From IMG/VR virus record IMGVR_UViG_3300032116_000025: a stretch of 64,000 bases of DNA. One strand, written 5' to 3'. The DNA comes from a virus. The position numbers were made by a program, and so were the translations under genes. The notes under the pieces are model-generated. The model saw only the letters and a list, made by a program, of their open reading frames with translations. It searched no databases and had not been told where the DNA came from. This document shows, piece after piece, positions 36,804-49,300 of this stretch. Each line of letters starts with the position of its first letter. The stretch's first letter is position 1.

Positions 36804-38633
36804 TTACTCCGGACCTAGAGCGTAGTCGTTAGACGCCTGCCACGAAAGCTCTTCAAGCGCAGCGTCTTCGCTCGCACTCTTGGCGGCTTCTGATCCAGAC
36901 TCGCGAATGGGGGCCATAATGTCAGGCCGCTTTACCTCAAACATCGAGGCCAATAAGCAGTAAACCAGCGCGTGAAAGCTGTCGTCTGGAGTACTTCTTG
37001 GGTGGTCATACCTAAGCATTCTTAGGTTGTCCGAGTATTCAGACCGGATAGCGAGCATGTCGTCTGCAAACGGAGACTTAAACTCGTCCCACGCCGGAAA
37101 CCTGATCTTTGCCGACTTGATCGCGTTAAACACGTCGCTCATAATCGGTGTGCGAAAACATAGAAACCGGTGCAAGGCTCCTTTATACGCCACCTTATTG
37201 GGAGCCCGAACGACGTACTGGTACTGGTGAATGCGCTGTGGGCCAAACAGGGAGCTGAGCACCTTGTTGGGATGAAAGCCCATGCCCCAGTCGCACCCTA
37301 CAAACTTGAGCCTAAACTTGCGAATGAGCCGCTCAAGCTCTTTGATCTGAAGTTCCGGGTCCGTCAGCTGCTTGTCGAAGCGCTTTGCGTATACGACCTG
37401 GAAGCTGGAATCGGCGCGAGTGTATCCACCAACGAATAGAACCGTGTAGCTGTGCTCGCCCGTTCCCCAGTCCACCCCTCCGTATAGGGTGTGGCTCTGG
37501 GCGATCTTTACAACCTCTTCCTCATCCATGCTGTACTTGTCATCGCATACGCGGATGACTTCAGCCCTGGTGATCGGCTTTGTTCCGGAGTCATAGCTCA
37601 TCGCCATGACCTCGTTCATGAACTGCGCCGTCGGGTACCTTTCCCGATCAGATAGGATCGTGTTCCACTGCTTGTACGGGTCGTCTGACCCCGTGTTTGG
37701 TTTCCAGTACCAAGGCACCATGAGGCGGCAGACGCGAAAGCCCTCGAACTCCGCCCCCGGGTTCATCTGCACCCACTCAGCCATAGGGTGCTCTGGGTTG
37801 ATAGCCGCGCCGCACCTATCGCAGATAGGTCCGCGCTTCCCGATGTTCTTGTCGCCTAGGACGTTCCAGTGCCAGGTGTACGGCTTATTCGGCGTCCCGT
37901 GGCGTTCACAAGGAATCACCCACTCTGACTGAGTGGAGTGCTTGGCCCAGTAGTTTTCGATTGTGTTGTCGAACGTCTTGGGCGTCCCGGAGTATACGAA
38001 GAGCCTGTCCTTGTGGTGGGAGGAGGCCTCCTCAATAACCGGCATGAGGTCCCAGAGCATGTCCTGAATCTCGTCAACAAAGATCGAGTTTGTGGACAAG
38101 CCGCGGATACGATCAGCGGACAGGAACGCGTACCGGAGATAAATTTTGCTCTTGTTGGAGAACTCTTTCTCCAAGATGTTCATCACTAGGTTCTTGTGCG
38201 TCATTCCCCGGATCAGCGGGGAGATGTCGATGATGTCTGCCAAACGGGCGTTAGAAAACACCTTGGTCTGCATCGCCGAGGGTGTGACAAACAGGGACGT
38301 GTACATTGGCCGCATGACGCTAAGCGCAAGCAGCTTGTTGCCGAGTGTCGTCGACTTTTCAGTCTGACGGCTGGTCATCAACAGGATCTTCTTAGACGGG
38401 GTGTCGTAGGGACGTACGAGGTACCGCCGCTCAGAGAAGTCCATGGGCAAGAGAGTTCCAGTGTCCCCGCCCTTGATCTTGATGAACTTGGACGCCCACT
38501 GAGACGGTCTAAGGTGAATCCGACCACCAGAGGTCGTCTTCCGCTTTCCAGAAAACGGGTCATCGACCTTCCGGCCCGACACGCGTACGATGGGTGACGT
38601 GTCTAAGTCGCTAAAGTTAGGTCTCGATGGCAT
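36804..38633 (-). CDS. terminase large subunit (GpA-like)
   Basis: Walker A-like SRQTEKST, Walker B FVDE, SGTP motif III, Cys ribbon, nuclease GVDWG...PDDSFHA. Confidence 0.9.
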   Translation of the reverse strand: MPSRPNFSDLDTSPIVRVSGRKVDDPFSGKRKTTSGGRIHLRPSQWASKFIKIKGGDTGTLLPMDFSERRYLVRPYDTPSKKILLMTSRQTEKSTTLGNKLLALSVMRPMYTSLFVTPSAMQTKVFSNARLADIIDISPLIRGMTHKNLVMNILEKEFSNKSKIYLRYAFLSADRIRGLSTNSIFVDEIQDMLWDLMPVIEEASSHHKDRLFVYSGTPKTFDNTIENYWAKHSTQSEWVIPCERHGTPNKPYTWHWNVLGDKNIGKRGPICDRCGAAINPEHPMAEWVQMNPGAEFEGFRVCRLMVPWYWKPNTGSDDPYKQWNTILSDRERYPTAQFMNEVMAMSYDSGTKPITRAEVIRVCDDKYSMDEEEVVKIAQSHTLYGGVDWGTGEHSYTVLFVGGYTRADSSFQVVYAKRFDKQLTDPELQIKELERLIRKFRLKFVGCDWGMGFHPNKVLSSLFGPQRIHQYQYVVRAPNKVAYKGALHRFLCFRTPIMSDVFNAIKSAKIRFPAWDEFKSPFADDMLAIRSEYSDNLRMLRYDHPRSTPDDSFHALVYCLLASMFEVKRPDIMAPIRESGSEAAKSASEDAALEELSWQASNDYALGPE

Positions 38634-38910
38634 GTCGGGGTTCCTGTGGAAGGCGCTAGGGGACCTGATCCATCAATCCTCAAAAGCCAACGACGGCGCC
38701 ATCTGGTACCAGATGCGCATGGAGCCGTCGTCAACCTTAAAAGACAGCCTTAGATCCTACATTCGGGAATATAACCGGGAAAACAGGACCCGGTTTGCTG
38801 TTTCTTTTCCGAATGCTTTTCGGATCAGGCTTGCGGATCGTCCACAGCGCGGAAGAACCGGTCCACAAGCGGCCACGGATCGAGCGACGCGCCCAGACCA
38901 CCGACGATGA
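38632..38910 (+). CDS. possible small divergent protein
   Basis: MSGFLWKALGDLIH... fills an otherwise empty 190-bp gap, but overlaps the 3' end of the 38825 gene. Confidence 0.35.
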   Translation: MSGFLWKALGDLIHQSSKANDGAIWYQMRMEPSSTLKDSLRSYIREYNRENRTRFAVSFPNAFRIRLADRPQRGRTGPQAATDRATRPDHRR

Positions 38911-39193
38911 TGTAGAAACTATCCATCTCTGGGGCAAACCCGGCGGTCACGTCTTGGACTCGAAAGCACTTATCAATCGCGCGCTTGAGCCGCTCGTCCA
39001 TCTTTGCCGAAGGGTCCCACGTCTCTCGGTCTTTGGGGGAGAAGAAGTGGAAGACAAACGCCTGGTCGTCCAACCGGACACCGTACTCAACCAGGTAGTC
39101 CTTCGTGTCCCTAGCAAGGGGGTGCGGGATGTGCGGCAGCAGAGAATCTGCCCGGATGTCCTTTAGCTCCGCCTCGTCAAGTGTGCTGCTCAT
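38825..39193 (-). CDS. hypothetical protein
   Basis: 122 aa, ATGA-coupled to the upstream gene. Confidence 0.75.
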   Translation of the reverse strand: MSSTLDEAELKDIRADSLLPHIPHPLARDTKDYLVEYGVRLDDQAFVFHFFSPKDRETWDPSAKMDERLKRAIDKCFRVQDVTAGFAPEMDSFYIIVGGLGASLDPWPLVDRFFRAVDDPQA

Positions 39194-40101
39194 GTTGCTG
39201 GTTCCTTTTCTTCCATAGCCCCCGAGGGGAGCATTGGCCGGAGTACTGGCACTTCGCGGATTGTAAGCACTCTACCGCGGTCGTACACCGTCTCCATCTT
39301 TCGAAGCTCGTCGAGAAGCTCAACGCTGCCGCCACGAGTCTTGTCTAGCTCCTCTTCCGCCATGCGGAACGCCTGGAGCGCAAAGAACGCCCCCTGCGTT
39401 CTAGCTAGAGACGGCTTCTCCATCGTTGCGTGCTGCATGTACATGACGAACGCGCAGTTGCGGAACGCGTTGTAAGCATCCGCACTAGACAGGCTGTCGG
39501 CTCCACGGTCCGACACCGCAAGCGTCAGCGCCGCCCCGGCTGAAGTGCGGGGTGAGTTCAACGCCATTAGCAGGTCGCTGTGGTCGCCCTTTGGGTAATG
39601 AGTAAAGAAGAAGTTTCTCCACTCAGACGTGTTCATGGCCGTATACAGCCAGTAATAGTGGCCAAACTCTCGGATCACCCGGGCGTTCATCACGTCGGGG
39701 TTCAGTCCCCAGCGCGCACATACTCGGTTTGCGATCCCGCCCACGTTTAGTGGGCCAAGGAGCAATACTTCTAGGGACCGCCGGATGTGCGGGTCTAGGA
39801 GCGCATCTGTGGCGTGATCCACAAACGGATCTTTTCGCCACATGGCCCCAATCTTCCACTTGTCTAGGAAGGCTACTGTGGCCGCATTCCAGTTTTCTGC
39901 GGTGGGATCAAAGCCTGCGGGAATCTTCATGTCCCGCTGAAGGCGCTGCAAATCCCCTACGAAGTCATTAAAGGCTACGCGCTCCTGGGGCAGCGGAAAA
40001 CTCAAATCCCCAAGGTGCTGGAGCACGTCCTTGATGGACATGCTCCGCCTAGACAACAAGTAGTGAATGTAATGCCGCGCCGGATGCTTTAGGCGAATCA
40101 T
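39190..40101 (-). CDS. hypothetical protein
   Basis: 303 aa, ATGA-coupled, upstream of the terminase gene. Confidence 0.8.
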   Translation of the reverse strand: MIRLKHPARHYIHYLLSRRSMSIKDVLQHLGDLSFPLPQERVAFNDFVGDLQRLQRDMKIPAGFDPTAENWNAATVAFLDKWKIGAMWRKDPFVDHATDALLDPHIRRSLEVLLLGPLNVGGIANRVCARWGLNPDVMNARVIREFGHYYWLYTAMNTSEWRNFFFTHYPKGDHSDLLMALNSPRTSAGAALTLAVSDRGADSLSSADAYNAFRNCAFVMYMQHATMEKPSLARTQGAFFALQAFRMAEEELDKTRGGSVELLDELRKMETVYDRGRVLTIREVPVLRPMLPSGAMEEKEPAT

Positions 40102-42173
40102 CCAGACACCAAGCCGTCGTCCTCCAGCTTTCGGAGGGAGAGCGCCCGCAGACCGCGCACAGCTTCGTCAAGTCCGCGCGCCGCACGAGCCGTGGCACCC
40201 TCCGGAATCTCCGTAAGACCAAGCCGAGCGACGAGTAGTAGCTCGCAGATCATAGAGAGCGCCTTCTCAAGGTACGGAAGGCGGCTGATGAACATACGCA
40301 CGTTCTCAGAGTTGATGAACCCAAGGCTGAGAACGGCGTCCACAGTCATCGCGTCTGGGAGCACGGCGGCCTCCTTGACGAGGTCTACCCGCAGCTGACG
40401 GATGCTGGCCGCGTTTGCAGATGCGGCCTTACGCATAGCACCAAAAGCGTCGTGAGCGGTCTTTACGTCAACTAAGCCCGACACGTCGACAAACCCGTCT
40501 TCGGCAGACGCCAGTTTGTCTACGGCGCTCTGAGCGCTTAATCCGGCAAGACAAAGAACCATCATTGCTTGGTCGCTGTCTAGTGAGCGGGGAAACATCC
40601 CGGCAAGTTTGGGCAGGTTATCAAACCGGAAGTAGTACTCGCCCTCACCAGACCCCGTGATGTGAATGGACCTGTCCACAACGGCGGCGGCGGTTTTTGC
40701 CAGATCAGCCGGCTCCTCGATGAGCTGGATCGCAACCTCAGTGTCCAGCGGAAGGAACTTGACGGCGGGGGTTACATGGAACTCGCCGCCCAAGGCTCGC
40801 ATACCTGACATGCCGGGAACGATGCACACCTTCGACTCGTGCCCAGTCATGGTGCGCACTAAGTAACAATCCCCACCGTTCATCTGGGCCTCAGACCCAA
40901 GAACCATAAGAGGGACAGTACCTTCGATGCCGCCCTGGCCTGCTACGTAGAAGATGCCCGGCCCCTTTGCTGGAGCTGAGGGTAGATCGATTCCGGTGCC
41001 AACGTGCGCACCGGCAATCTGACTCTGAACAGACGCCACAGCCCCGTTTGTAAACACTGCAAGCGGAACGCGGGTGCCATCAAGGTCTAGTAAGTTTGGA
41101 AGAACCCACCCGGTCATGTCCTTCCCCGCAAGGGTACGGACCTTATAGATCCCGGGCTTCTCTACCACGGACCACTTCGACGCGTGCGGGTCTACGCTCT
41201 CATCGACAACCGGCTGTGTAGAAAGCGTAACCGTTCCCTGAGTGTCTACCTTGTGGGTAACCTCGGGACCCGCAAACTTTAGAAAATCGCGGCGGTCCAT
41301 CCAAGTGGGGTTGGTGTGGTAGAACACCTCTCGGCTAGCTACCTTTACCCAGTAGCCTTCCCCGGGCTCAAAGCCTAGCTGGATGACGCTGGGCTTCGCA
41401 GAGTCGGCAGCCAGCTTCATCGCGTTCGCTGCCGAGGACGCGGAAGTAGCTTCAAACGAAGCCAAGAGCCGAATCGCATCGCTGCTGGCCGCGTTTTCCA
41501 CAACAGCGGACAGCAGAGCCTCGTCTGACGATAGCTTGCTCGCCAAAGCCTCTAAGTCCGGCTTCAGCGCTGATGGGCCGACAACGTCCTCAAGAAGCTC
41601 AAAACGCTGGTCGGCGCTCAGCTTCATGCCGGGGCCTTGAATCATCGTTACGGCGCCAGCAGTTCCGCCGTCAGAGCCCTGAGAAATGCCAGCGCCAAAG
41701 GTGTTGTCTGAGCGTCCGGGCGGGTAGAAAAGGTTCCACAGGCTGCTGTCGCCGCTGTCCTCCGTAACCATCTCAAAGGTCTCAGGACGAAACAGCGCTT
41801 CTCGTAGACGCGTTCCATTTAGCGGAAGCATCTTCCCGCTTGACGTCATCAGGATGTCTAGCGGCTGAAGTTCGTGCCCCTTCACAATGACTGGAATCAA
41901 GACCTTCTTAGAGGCTGTGCCGGTCCTAGTTACGGCAAGCGCGCTGTCTGTCGTGTTTGCCAACACGATGCAGCCAAGGCCATAGCCCTGCTCCTCGTCC
42001 ACCTGCATGAACATGACCTTGGGAGTGTAGTCCGCTACCTCCGGCACCTGGCGGTAAAGCTCACTAAGAACCTCCCGAGACCACATCTGGGGGTTTTCGC
42101 TGAGTTCGATGCCCGCGAGCTTGTTCTGCTCAAAGGATAGCGTGGGGCGGTAGGTGAACAGGTCAGAGTTCAT
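40098..42173 (-). CDS. virion structural protein, KxA-rich
   Basis: About 690 aa; start chosen at the ATG at 42173, 7 nt after TGCTACCAT. Confidence 0.8.
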   Translation of the reverse strand: MNSDLFTYRPTLSFEQNKLAGIELSENPQMWSREVLSELYRQVPEVADYTPKVMFMQVDEEQGYGLGCIVLANTTDSALAVTRTGTASKKVLIPVIVKGHELQPLDILMTSSGKMLPLNGTRLREALFRPETFEMVTEDSGDSSLWNLFYPPGRSDNTFGAGISQGSDGGTAGAVTMIQGPGMKLSADQRFELLEDVVGPSALKPDLEALASKLSSDEALLSAVVENAASSDAIRLLASFEATSASSAANAMKLAADSAKPSVIQLGFEPGEGYWVKVASREVFYHTNPTWMDRRDFLKFAGPEVTHKVDTQGTVTLSTQPVVDESVDPHASKWSVVEKPGIYKVRTLAGKDMTGWVLPNLLDLDGTRVPLAVFTNGAVASVQSQIAGAHVGTGIDLPSAPAKGPGIFYVAGQGGIEGTVPLMVLGSEAQMNGGDCYLVRTMTGHESKVCIVPGMSGMRALGGEFHVTPAVKFLPLDTEVAIQLIEEPADLAKTAAAVVDRSIHITGSGEGEYYFRFDNLPKLAGMFPRSLDSDQAMMVLCLAGLSAQSAVDKLASAEDGFVDVSGLVDVKTAHDAFGAMRKAASANAASIRQLRVDLVKEAAVLPDAMTVDAVLSLGFINSENVRMFISRLPYLEKALSMICELLLVARLGLTEIPEGATARAARGLDEAVRGLRALSLRKLEDDGLVSG

Positions 42174-42216
42174 GGAAGGCATGGTAGCACCGTCTTGTGT
42201 GGCGGGAGAATAAGGA

Positions 42217-43335
42217 TCAGGTGGAAACTTTCACCTTTTGAGACAAGAACTGAGTCGGGACTGGCGGCGTAACGCTCCCCGGAGCGATTGCGTTGATGGC
42301 CGCCGCCAGCTGGCCCAAGTAGACTACTAGAGGCTCCCCCAGCACCGCGGAGTTCGCCGCCGAGGAATCGCCTAAAAAGGTGTTCCCCGATGTGATTACA
42401 CTGGGGGCCTTGATTGTAGCCTGAGAGCCACCTTCAAGAATAGCGGACCCGCCCGACTTGTAGGACAGATCGCCGTCTACGTCTACGGTGTGGTTCCCCT
42501 TTACCCGTAGAGAGTAGTTCGTCCCGATCATCTCGGTCTTCTCCCCCTCTACGGTGAGAAGCATCGAGTAAACCTCGTCCGCAACCTCTCCCGTATCTCG
42601 GTCGATGTTCTGCGGGGCTACGTAGACTTCCCAGGCAACCTTATCGCCGCCACCAGGCCCCGTCACCGGCAGGTGACGGACGCGCACGGTGGCCTTCTCG
42701 TCTTGCGCAAACTCGTTTGCGTGGAACGTCCAGGTTGCTGGGGCGTCTCCGCCCGGGTCGTCCTCTACTCTTCCTACGGTCCACGAGATGTCTCCGCCAA
42801 AGGCGTTCATCTCGTAGTTCTCGCAGAAGTCTTTGATGTAGTTCAGGATCGGGATGTAGATCCTTTGCGCAATCGGGGTGGCGCCTAGTTGCAGGATCCC
42901 TCCCCGCCGCAATACGACAAAGTTCTCGTCGCGGGTTGTAAGCGCGATGTCTCCCGGTTGTAGATCAGGCCGGCGAGACTTGAACTCCACGTTCGACATG
43001 GACCCAGCGCCGTCTGGGGTAGACCGCTCCGGCTCCCCGTCCGTAGAGGCACGAACGCCGGCCGCCCCGATGTACCCGAGGATGAACGGCGGCGTGTTGT
43101 CGCTAGGCCAAAACAGATAGCAGAGAGCACCTATCTCTGGAAGGTGGTGCACTCCTTCCCCGTTTTCATAGTGGTGGTAGGGCACAAGACACTGGATGTC
43201 CTCTACCGTCTTGTTGCTGTGCCGGGTGTCGCAGGTAACCGTGTACGACTTACGGTTGACATCGGTGATCACAGCTTCCTCGACGCGGACCTGCGAGTAA
43301 GACGCATGTGACGGAGCGTCGCGAGACCTAGCCAT
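42217..43335 (-). CDS. baseplate spike/hub protein (gpV/gp5-like, putative)
   Basis: N-terminal OB-like region with HLPEIGA; C-terminal VxG beta-helix repeats (VKGNHTVDVDGD) and LG....AVLGE. Confidence 0.65.
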   Translation of the reverse strand: MARSRDAPSHASYSQVRVEEAVITDVNRKSYTVTCDTRHSNKTVEDIQCLVPYHHYENGEGVHHLPEIGALCYLFWPSDNTPPFILGYIGAAGVRASTDGEPERSTPDGAGSMSNVEFKSRRPDLQPGDIALTTRDENFVVLRRGGILQLGATPIAQRIYIPILNYIKDFCENYEMNAFGGDISWTVGRVEDDPGGDAPATWTFHANEFAQDEKATVRVRHLPVTGPGGGDKVAWEVYVAPQNIDRDTGEVADEVYSMLLTVEGEKTEMIGTNYSLRVKGNHTVDVDGDLSYKSGGSAILEGGSQATIKAPSVITSGNTFLGDSSAANSAVLGEPLVVYLGQLAAAINAIAPGSVTPPVPTQFLSQKVKVST

Positions 43336-46300
43336 CAGCGCCCGCCCGGATTCGAAGCAATGAACTGGCCGTAGGCTAGTCGAGGAATCGGGTGTGACCC
43401 ACGCACGTTAGCCGTCTCAAGGTGCTGAGCCGCCCGCCGAATGGTCTTGGACAGGTTTTCTCCCTGTAGCTTACCCATCCAGTCCGGCTGGATACGCTCT
43501 GGAACAGAGCCTACCGGAGTAATAACGGACGTATACTCGATGGGCTTCTTACCCTGAAGCACTGTCCGGTTCAGCTCGTCAAGAACCGTCCTTTGCGCGA
43601 AGTCTCCGCGCAGGTAGTGAGAGTGATCGCCGGGGTCAGTAACTCGGGCGACTCCGGTAGAGGATCTTACGGCCAGCTCTACGTGCCTACGGAGAACCCC
43701 CTCCGCCGCGTAGATGTCGCCGATCTTGTTGACCATGTGCTGCTGGGTTGCGTCAATGCCCTGCGTAGTCATCAGATCGTTTACGTTAGGGTCGCCATGC
43801 GTAAGCACTTCACCGCGGTGCGGCTTGTACCCGGCCACTACATGTTGGAGCGGCTTCTGACGGGTCTCTAGTGGGCGCTTAGACCCTTCGGTATGAATGG
43901 CCCACACACCTTCGCGAGACCGCTCTACCTTTGTCACCGGCGATGCGGCGTGGGCTACAGCCGCATCCATAAGACTCGGCTTTGCTGCGTTGAACATGCG
44001 CTGCACGTCACCGAACACAGCCACGGTCTGTCCCTTTGTAGACACGATGCCCTGGCCGTGGGTCTGCTTAAGCATGATCTGCGCGGCACGCTCGCCAAGA
44101 GCATGAGCTGCAATGATTCCGGCGTTTTCTCCGTGAGAGTACTCTTTGCCGCTAGGATGTATACCCATGCAGTGAGAGCAAACCCCGGCGGGCATACGAC
44201 ACTTTAGCGGGCTGCGAACAACAAGCTGCCCCACCCTGGCTTTATCCGCCTCAGACAGAATCGTAGGCGTAACAACCGTACCGGCTCTGTGGACCCGGTC
44301 TCCTAGCTTTGTGTCCGAAGCCAGGCGTCGATCTACGATATCCTTGTCGGTCAACGGAAGCGCAATTCCAGAAGCAGTGCCGCAGTCTACCCCGGTGATC
44401 GGCTGATCAATGTTGGCCTGCACAAGCAGCTTGCTCATGTAGCCAGGCTCTCGGACAGAATCTGTCTTTTGAATTACGCCTCGGCGCGCTCCAGCAGCAG
44501 AAAGGAAGTAACCGCCAACGTCGACGCCTTCCGCAAACGACCGGGTAAGCGGAACACGGGAGGGGCGACCTAGGTGATCCTCGACCAGCATCGGGGCCAT
44601 TACTAGGCCCTGGAACTGCTCGTGCTTAGCCTTGATCCCGCTGCTCGCCATGTCACTAATGTGGGTGGGGTTTCCCTTGTAGTGCTGGTTATAGACGTCA
44701 TGAAGCTGCCGGGTTGCGGCCAGCCACTTCTCAGTAGTCGCTTCACGGCTTGGGCCCGTTAAGCCTTCTACCTCTTTTTGTGTCTTATTGATGATCTGTC
44801 CACGAGCTTCGCGGAGCGGCTCTAGGTCTTTCAAAGATACGGTATGGCCAGACTCGTAGGCCATCTGGAAGCCAAGGCGGCTTAGGCCGTCTACGGTGGG
44901 GACGAAGATGTGAGGGTTTTGCTTTGCCACCTCGGACAAAACTGTGCTTTGGAACTTTCGGTCGAAAGGCCGATCCAGCTTTGTCAGCACCTCATGCCGG
45001 TACTTTTCTGGAACAACTTGGGCAATCCTAGCCCGCCCCAGCGTCGTCTTTCCTACGCCAGAGATCGTAATGGCCTCGTTAAGGTCGAGCTTGTTTTGCC
45101 GGAAAGCAGTCTCGGCTTCTTCCTTCGTCTTAAAGGTCTTGCCCTTATCTCCACGCGGAATCGACATCCGGTAGAGGGCCAGCGCCGACTCGTTTGAGGG
45201 CGCGTAAAGTACATCTCCGCTGCTGTCGGAAAGCGTCCTCTGCGAAGGAAGGACCCGCTTAGCCTCCGCAACTGCGTGAGGAGACAGCGGAACCATCAGC
45301 GCAACGGTGTCGCCGTCGATGTCACCATTTAGCGGCGGTAGAACGAGGGGGTTTACCTTGATGGCCGCCTCGTTTGTGAGCTTGATGTTTTGACCGATGA
45401 TTCCGTACTGATGCAGAACAGGATCTCGCTTTAGAAGAATTGGCCGGGTCTCTACCTCTTTTTCGAGGGCCTTGAGCGCCGTCTCGTGCTTGTGCGAGAT
45501 CATGGTCTCTGCTTGACCGGGGGCGTACCCAAGCGCTTGAAGACGCCTAGACACCATTGGGCGCATCAGCTCTACGGCGATCTTCTTGGGAACCGCGATC
45601 TCCTCCACGCTAAGCGTGGGATCTACGACGATCGTAGCCCGAGACGTGTAGTCTTGTTTCTTGCCAATTAGCTTGTCTTGGAAGAAACCGTCCTTGGGCT
45701 GGTCGCCGGAGATCATATGGATGATTCCGGGCAGCTTCTTGTTGGGATCCTCTTTGGTTCCCCGTACATCAAGATCTAGGCCCTTCTTGCCCTTAGCTGC
45801 GGTGCCAAACAGCTCCGTCATAGCCGTGTACAACCCCCGCCGGGTATCCAGCGTAGCGTTGTACGGAACATGCTTGGACCCCTTCTCCAGCGACTCATTC
45901 GTCATCGCAAGACGACGGTAAAGAGAGTTGAGCGGGTTTACCTTGACGGTACCGTCAGGGAGCATTCCTTGCTGCCGGTAAATCGGGGGAAGGACGGGGA
46001 GGGCCTTAAGTGTCCACGCATCAGCGGGGTTCTTGCCGACCTCCTTTAGGCCAACAAGAGCATGGAGTTTGAAGTTGACCTTGTCTAGCGCGGTCCCCTT
46101 TAACTTCGGGTCCTTAAGGGCTTCACGCGTCCTTACGATCTCTTTATCCAGATCAAGCTTGGCAAGAGACTCGCGGAACGCCTTACCCCCGTATCCACCA
46201 TCCGGCAGCTTCTTTTTGCCCTCAATGATGTCTGGGATGTCGGTTTCTTTGATCCCAAGCGTGTGTGCGATTGCTTTTGAAAACACCGGGTTGGGCATCG

Positions 46301-49300
46301 GCTCAACCAGTTCGATGTGAGACCACCGCTGACCTGACGGACCGCCTGTAATGTTGCGGTCGAAGAGACCGCCCTTCACCGGCTCGTCTCCCTCTGCCCA
46401 GCGCCCCTTTGACGCCTTTGTCAGCGCTCCGGCACTAAGCTTTCGGGTCTCTTCGTCCGTCCGCGGAATCATCCGGATAGACGTGCCGTTCTTGTGCAGG
46501 TCTACTCCAAGACCTTTCAGCATGTTCTCAAACTTGTTGTATACGAAGGGCACCTTGGGCGGAGGGAGCACCTCCCCGTTGATGAGCGCTCCCCAGACCT
46601 CGCGGGCTTGGTCCTTATCGGCCTTGAGCGTCTGCATCTCAGCAAGGTTGTGGTGCAGCCCAGCAGCAAGCGCTCCGTAGATACCAAGAGATCCAAGAGA
46701 CTGAGCGCCGGTGTGGCCACCGCCGCGCGGGATCTTTGTATCGTTGTCGTAGTGGATCATCGGTGCGTCAAACTGAGTAAACGCCCGACCTCCGCTACGC
46801 ACGTGGGTCTTCTTGTCGATCTGGTGCTCTAACTGGAACACGTAGTGCGGCCCGGTAGTAACGTCACCTAGCTTGCGACCGGTCTTTGGATCAAACAAAG
46901 ACTCTGTCTCTTTAAGCCCGTGCCTGTTCAAATCGTCTTGAACCTTCTTGAGGTAGTCTACTCCCCCCTGAAAGTTCTTTACCGCGTAGGGTTGGCCGGT
47001 TTTTTCTGCGATCTTGCCAGCCGCAGTTTCTAGGATTTGGCCCGGGTTCATTCGGCCCGGCACTGAGACCGGGTTAATGAGCATTTCTACGGGCTTGCCC
47101 TGGCCGTCGTGGGGCATGTCCTTGTCGGGAAGAACCGACGTGACGATCCCCTTCGCGCTGTGGCGCGTGGAGATCTTGGAGCCTACCTGTGCGGGCTCCC
47201 GGGTCTTTACATGGACGATGATGTTTCGCCCAGACCGCGCAACGTCAATAACCTCGCCTGGGTAGTCCGAATCCCAGGTCAACGACGTATTCATGAACTC
47301 TTGGCGAAGCTTTCCACCAAGCTTGAGATTCGTGTTCTCGTCAATGCTGCTAAGCTGAGATCGCCGCGACATTGCTAGGACAAGCGGATCGCCTGGGTGA
47401 ACAATTGCACCCTTCTTTACGACGCCGTCGTCGCCAATCTTCGCCATGCGCTGCGACCCGTATACGTCCTTGTTGTAGATAAACTTGTTCTTATCGATGA
47501 TGGTTTCGTCTGAGACCATCATTACGGGTTTGTTGAGGTGCACCGACCGAAGCTTCTCAGCCGCACTCTCAGAGATGACGATGCCATCCTCGTGGTTGGA
47601 CCCGTTTGCTAGGTACGCCACGCGGAGGTTTGTCCCTAGCGCCAGTTGTCCGTTACGAGTGAAGTTGTTGTCGGCCAAGAGCTGACCCGACTTTACGCGG
47701 TCACCTTCTTTTACCAAGGGCTCGCTGTGAAGCATTCCCTTGTCGTGGTTGGTGGGGTAGTGATCGTACAGGTGTACAGAATGCTGTTTGCCAGCTGAGT
47801 CCTGTACGATGATCTCTTTAGGCCTAACCGCTTTTACAACACCGTCTATCGGAGCTTTGTGGGCGAGAAACCCACTGCCTACGAGTTTCTCAAAGGTCCT
47901 ACCAGCGCCAATCTCTACCTGAACCTTGGGTGGCTCCCGGCCCTCGATGCTGATTGCCTGCGCCATGTGTCGCGCAGACATCGTAGTCCGACCAGCCGCG
48001 TCGTTTTGCATGAACGGGACTAGGTTTGTCTCCGTAGCAAAAACCTGCGATGAGCTTGGCATCACGTAATGAGCAGACGACCATGGGAGATCATCCCTGA
48101 GTTCGCCCTTTACGTCAGACATGCGGATAGACTTCTCTCGCGGAGAAGGCTTACCGCCTTTCCAAACAACCTGGTCCGGAAGAACTACGTTGGATGTAGA
48201 CGCAATCGTAGCGTCCACATCTTCCAGCTTTCCGGTCCTTAGGTTGTACAAGCTAACGTATGGCTTTCGATCCTTAATGCCGACGCCAAACGCCAGGTGT
48301 GTGTTTACCCCGGGGTTAGACTCTGGGGTAAACACGGGGTCCAGGATGCCCAGGTGGCTTGGGTCAATCGCTGTGTTGGACTTTGTGATGCTGTGGGGGT
48401 TTGTAATTCCACCAGGACCCTGAATCGTAACCATACTCCTGTCAGAGAGCATGGAGATCGGGTTCGTCTGCTTGCCGTTGGAGGCAAGTGACGTCGTGAA
48501 CACGCTGTAGAACGGTCGCCGGATAAGATCTGGCGGCACTACGTCACGGATAACATCCGCATCGCCGGTAATAAGCTTCTTTTGGATCGACGGCTTATTT
48601 AGGGCTACAGAGACGCGGGACTTGATGTCGTCGCTTGCGCCAGCAAGCCGCTCGGCAAAGTGGTCCTTTGCTGACCACAGCTCTTTGTAACGAAGGCTAT
48701 CGATGGGATCCGGCTCACGCCGACCACCGGAGACGTCTACCAGCTTCTTAGACGCGGCAAACAGTACGTCTGGCCCTACGCTGGCGGAGTCTAAGCCGAG
48801 GTTGGCCTTGACCACCGCGGGGTCCACCTTGGTCTGCTCAAAGAGGGCTTTGACGGCAAGCTTGGGGTCGTCTTTTTCCGAAAGAGCGCGCCCAGACCAT
48901 GCCTCATGGAAGGAGCGGAGGTGCTTGTCGATGCCGCCCTTGTCCTTTACGGACTTTTGCTTGGTGACCTCAAACGCCGTGTCTCCCCAAGCAGAACGCA
49001 TCTCACTGTCTGAGATGCCGTAGGCGTGCAGCACAGAGTAAAGGGGCACCTTCCGCCCCCCGACCTTGAGGTGCAGGTAGCCCTCTTGCCCCTGCTGGAT
49101 GTCAAACGCAGCCCCCTTAGCTAACTGAAACTGCGCTTCGTACTCCCCGGGCTTCTCCGTACTCTTTACGTAAACACCCGGGCGGAGTCGCCACTGCTTT
49201 GTGATGAACTTTTCCTGCCCGCCAATGATGTAGCTGTAGTGCCTGGTCAGCTTGGGGATAGAAGCTAGCTGAATCTTCTTCTCTACCAGGCTTTTTCCGG

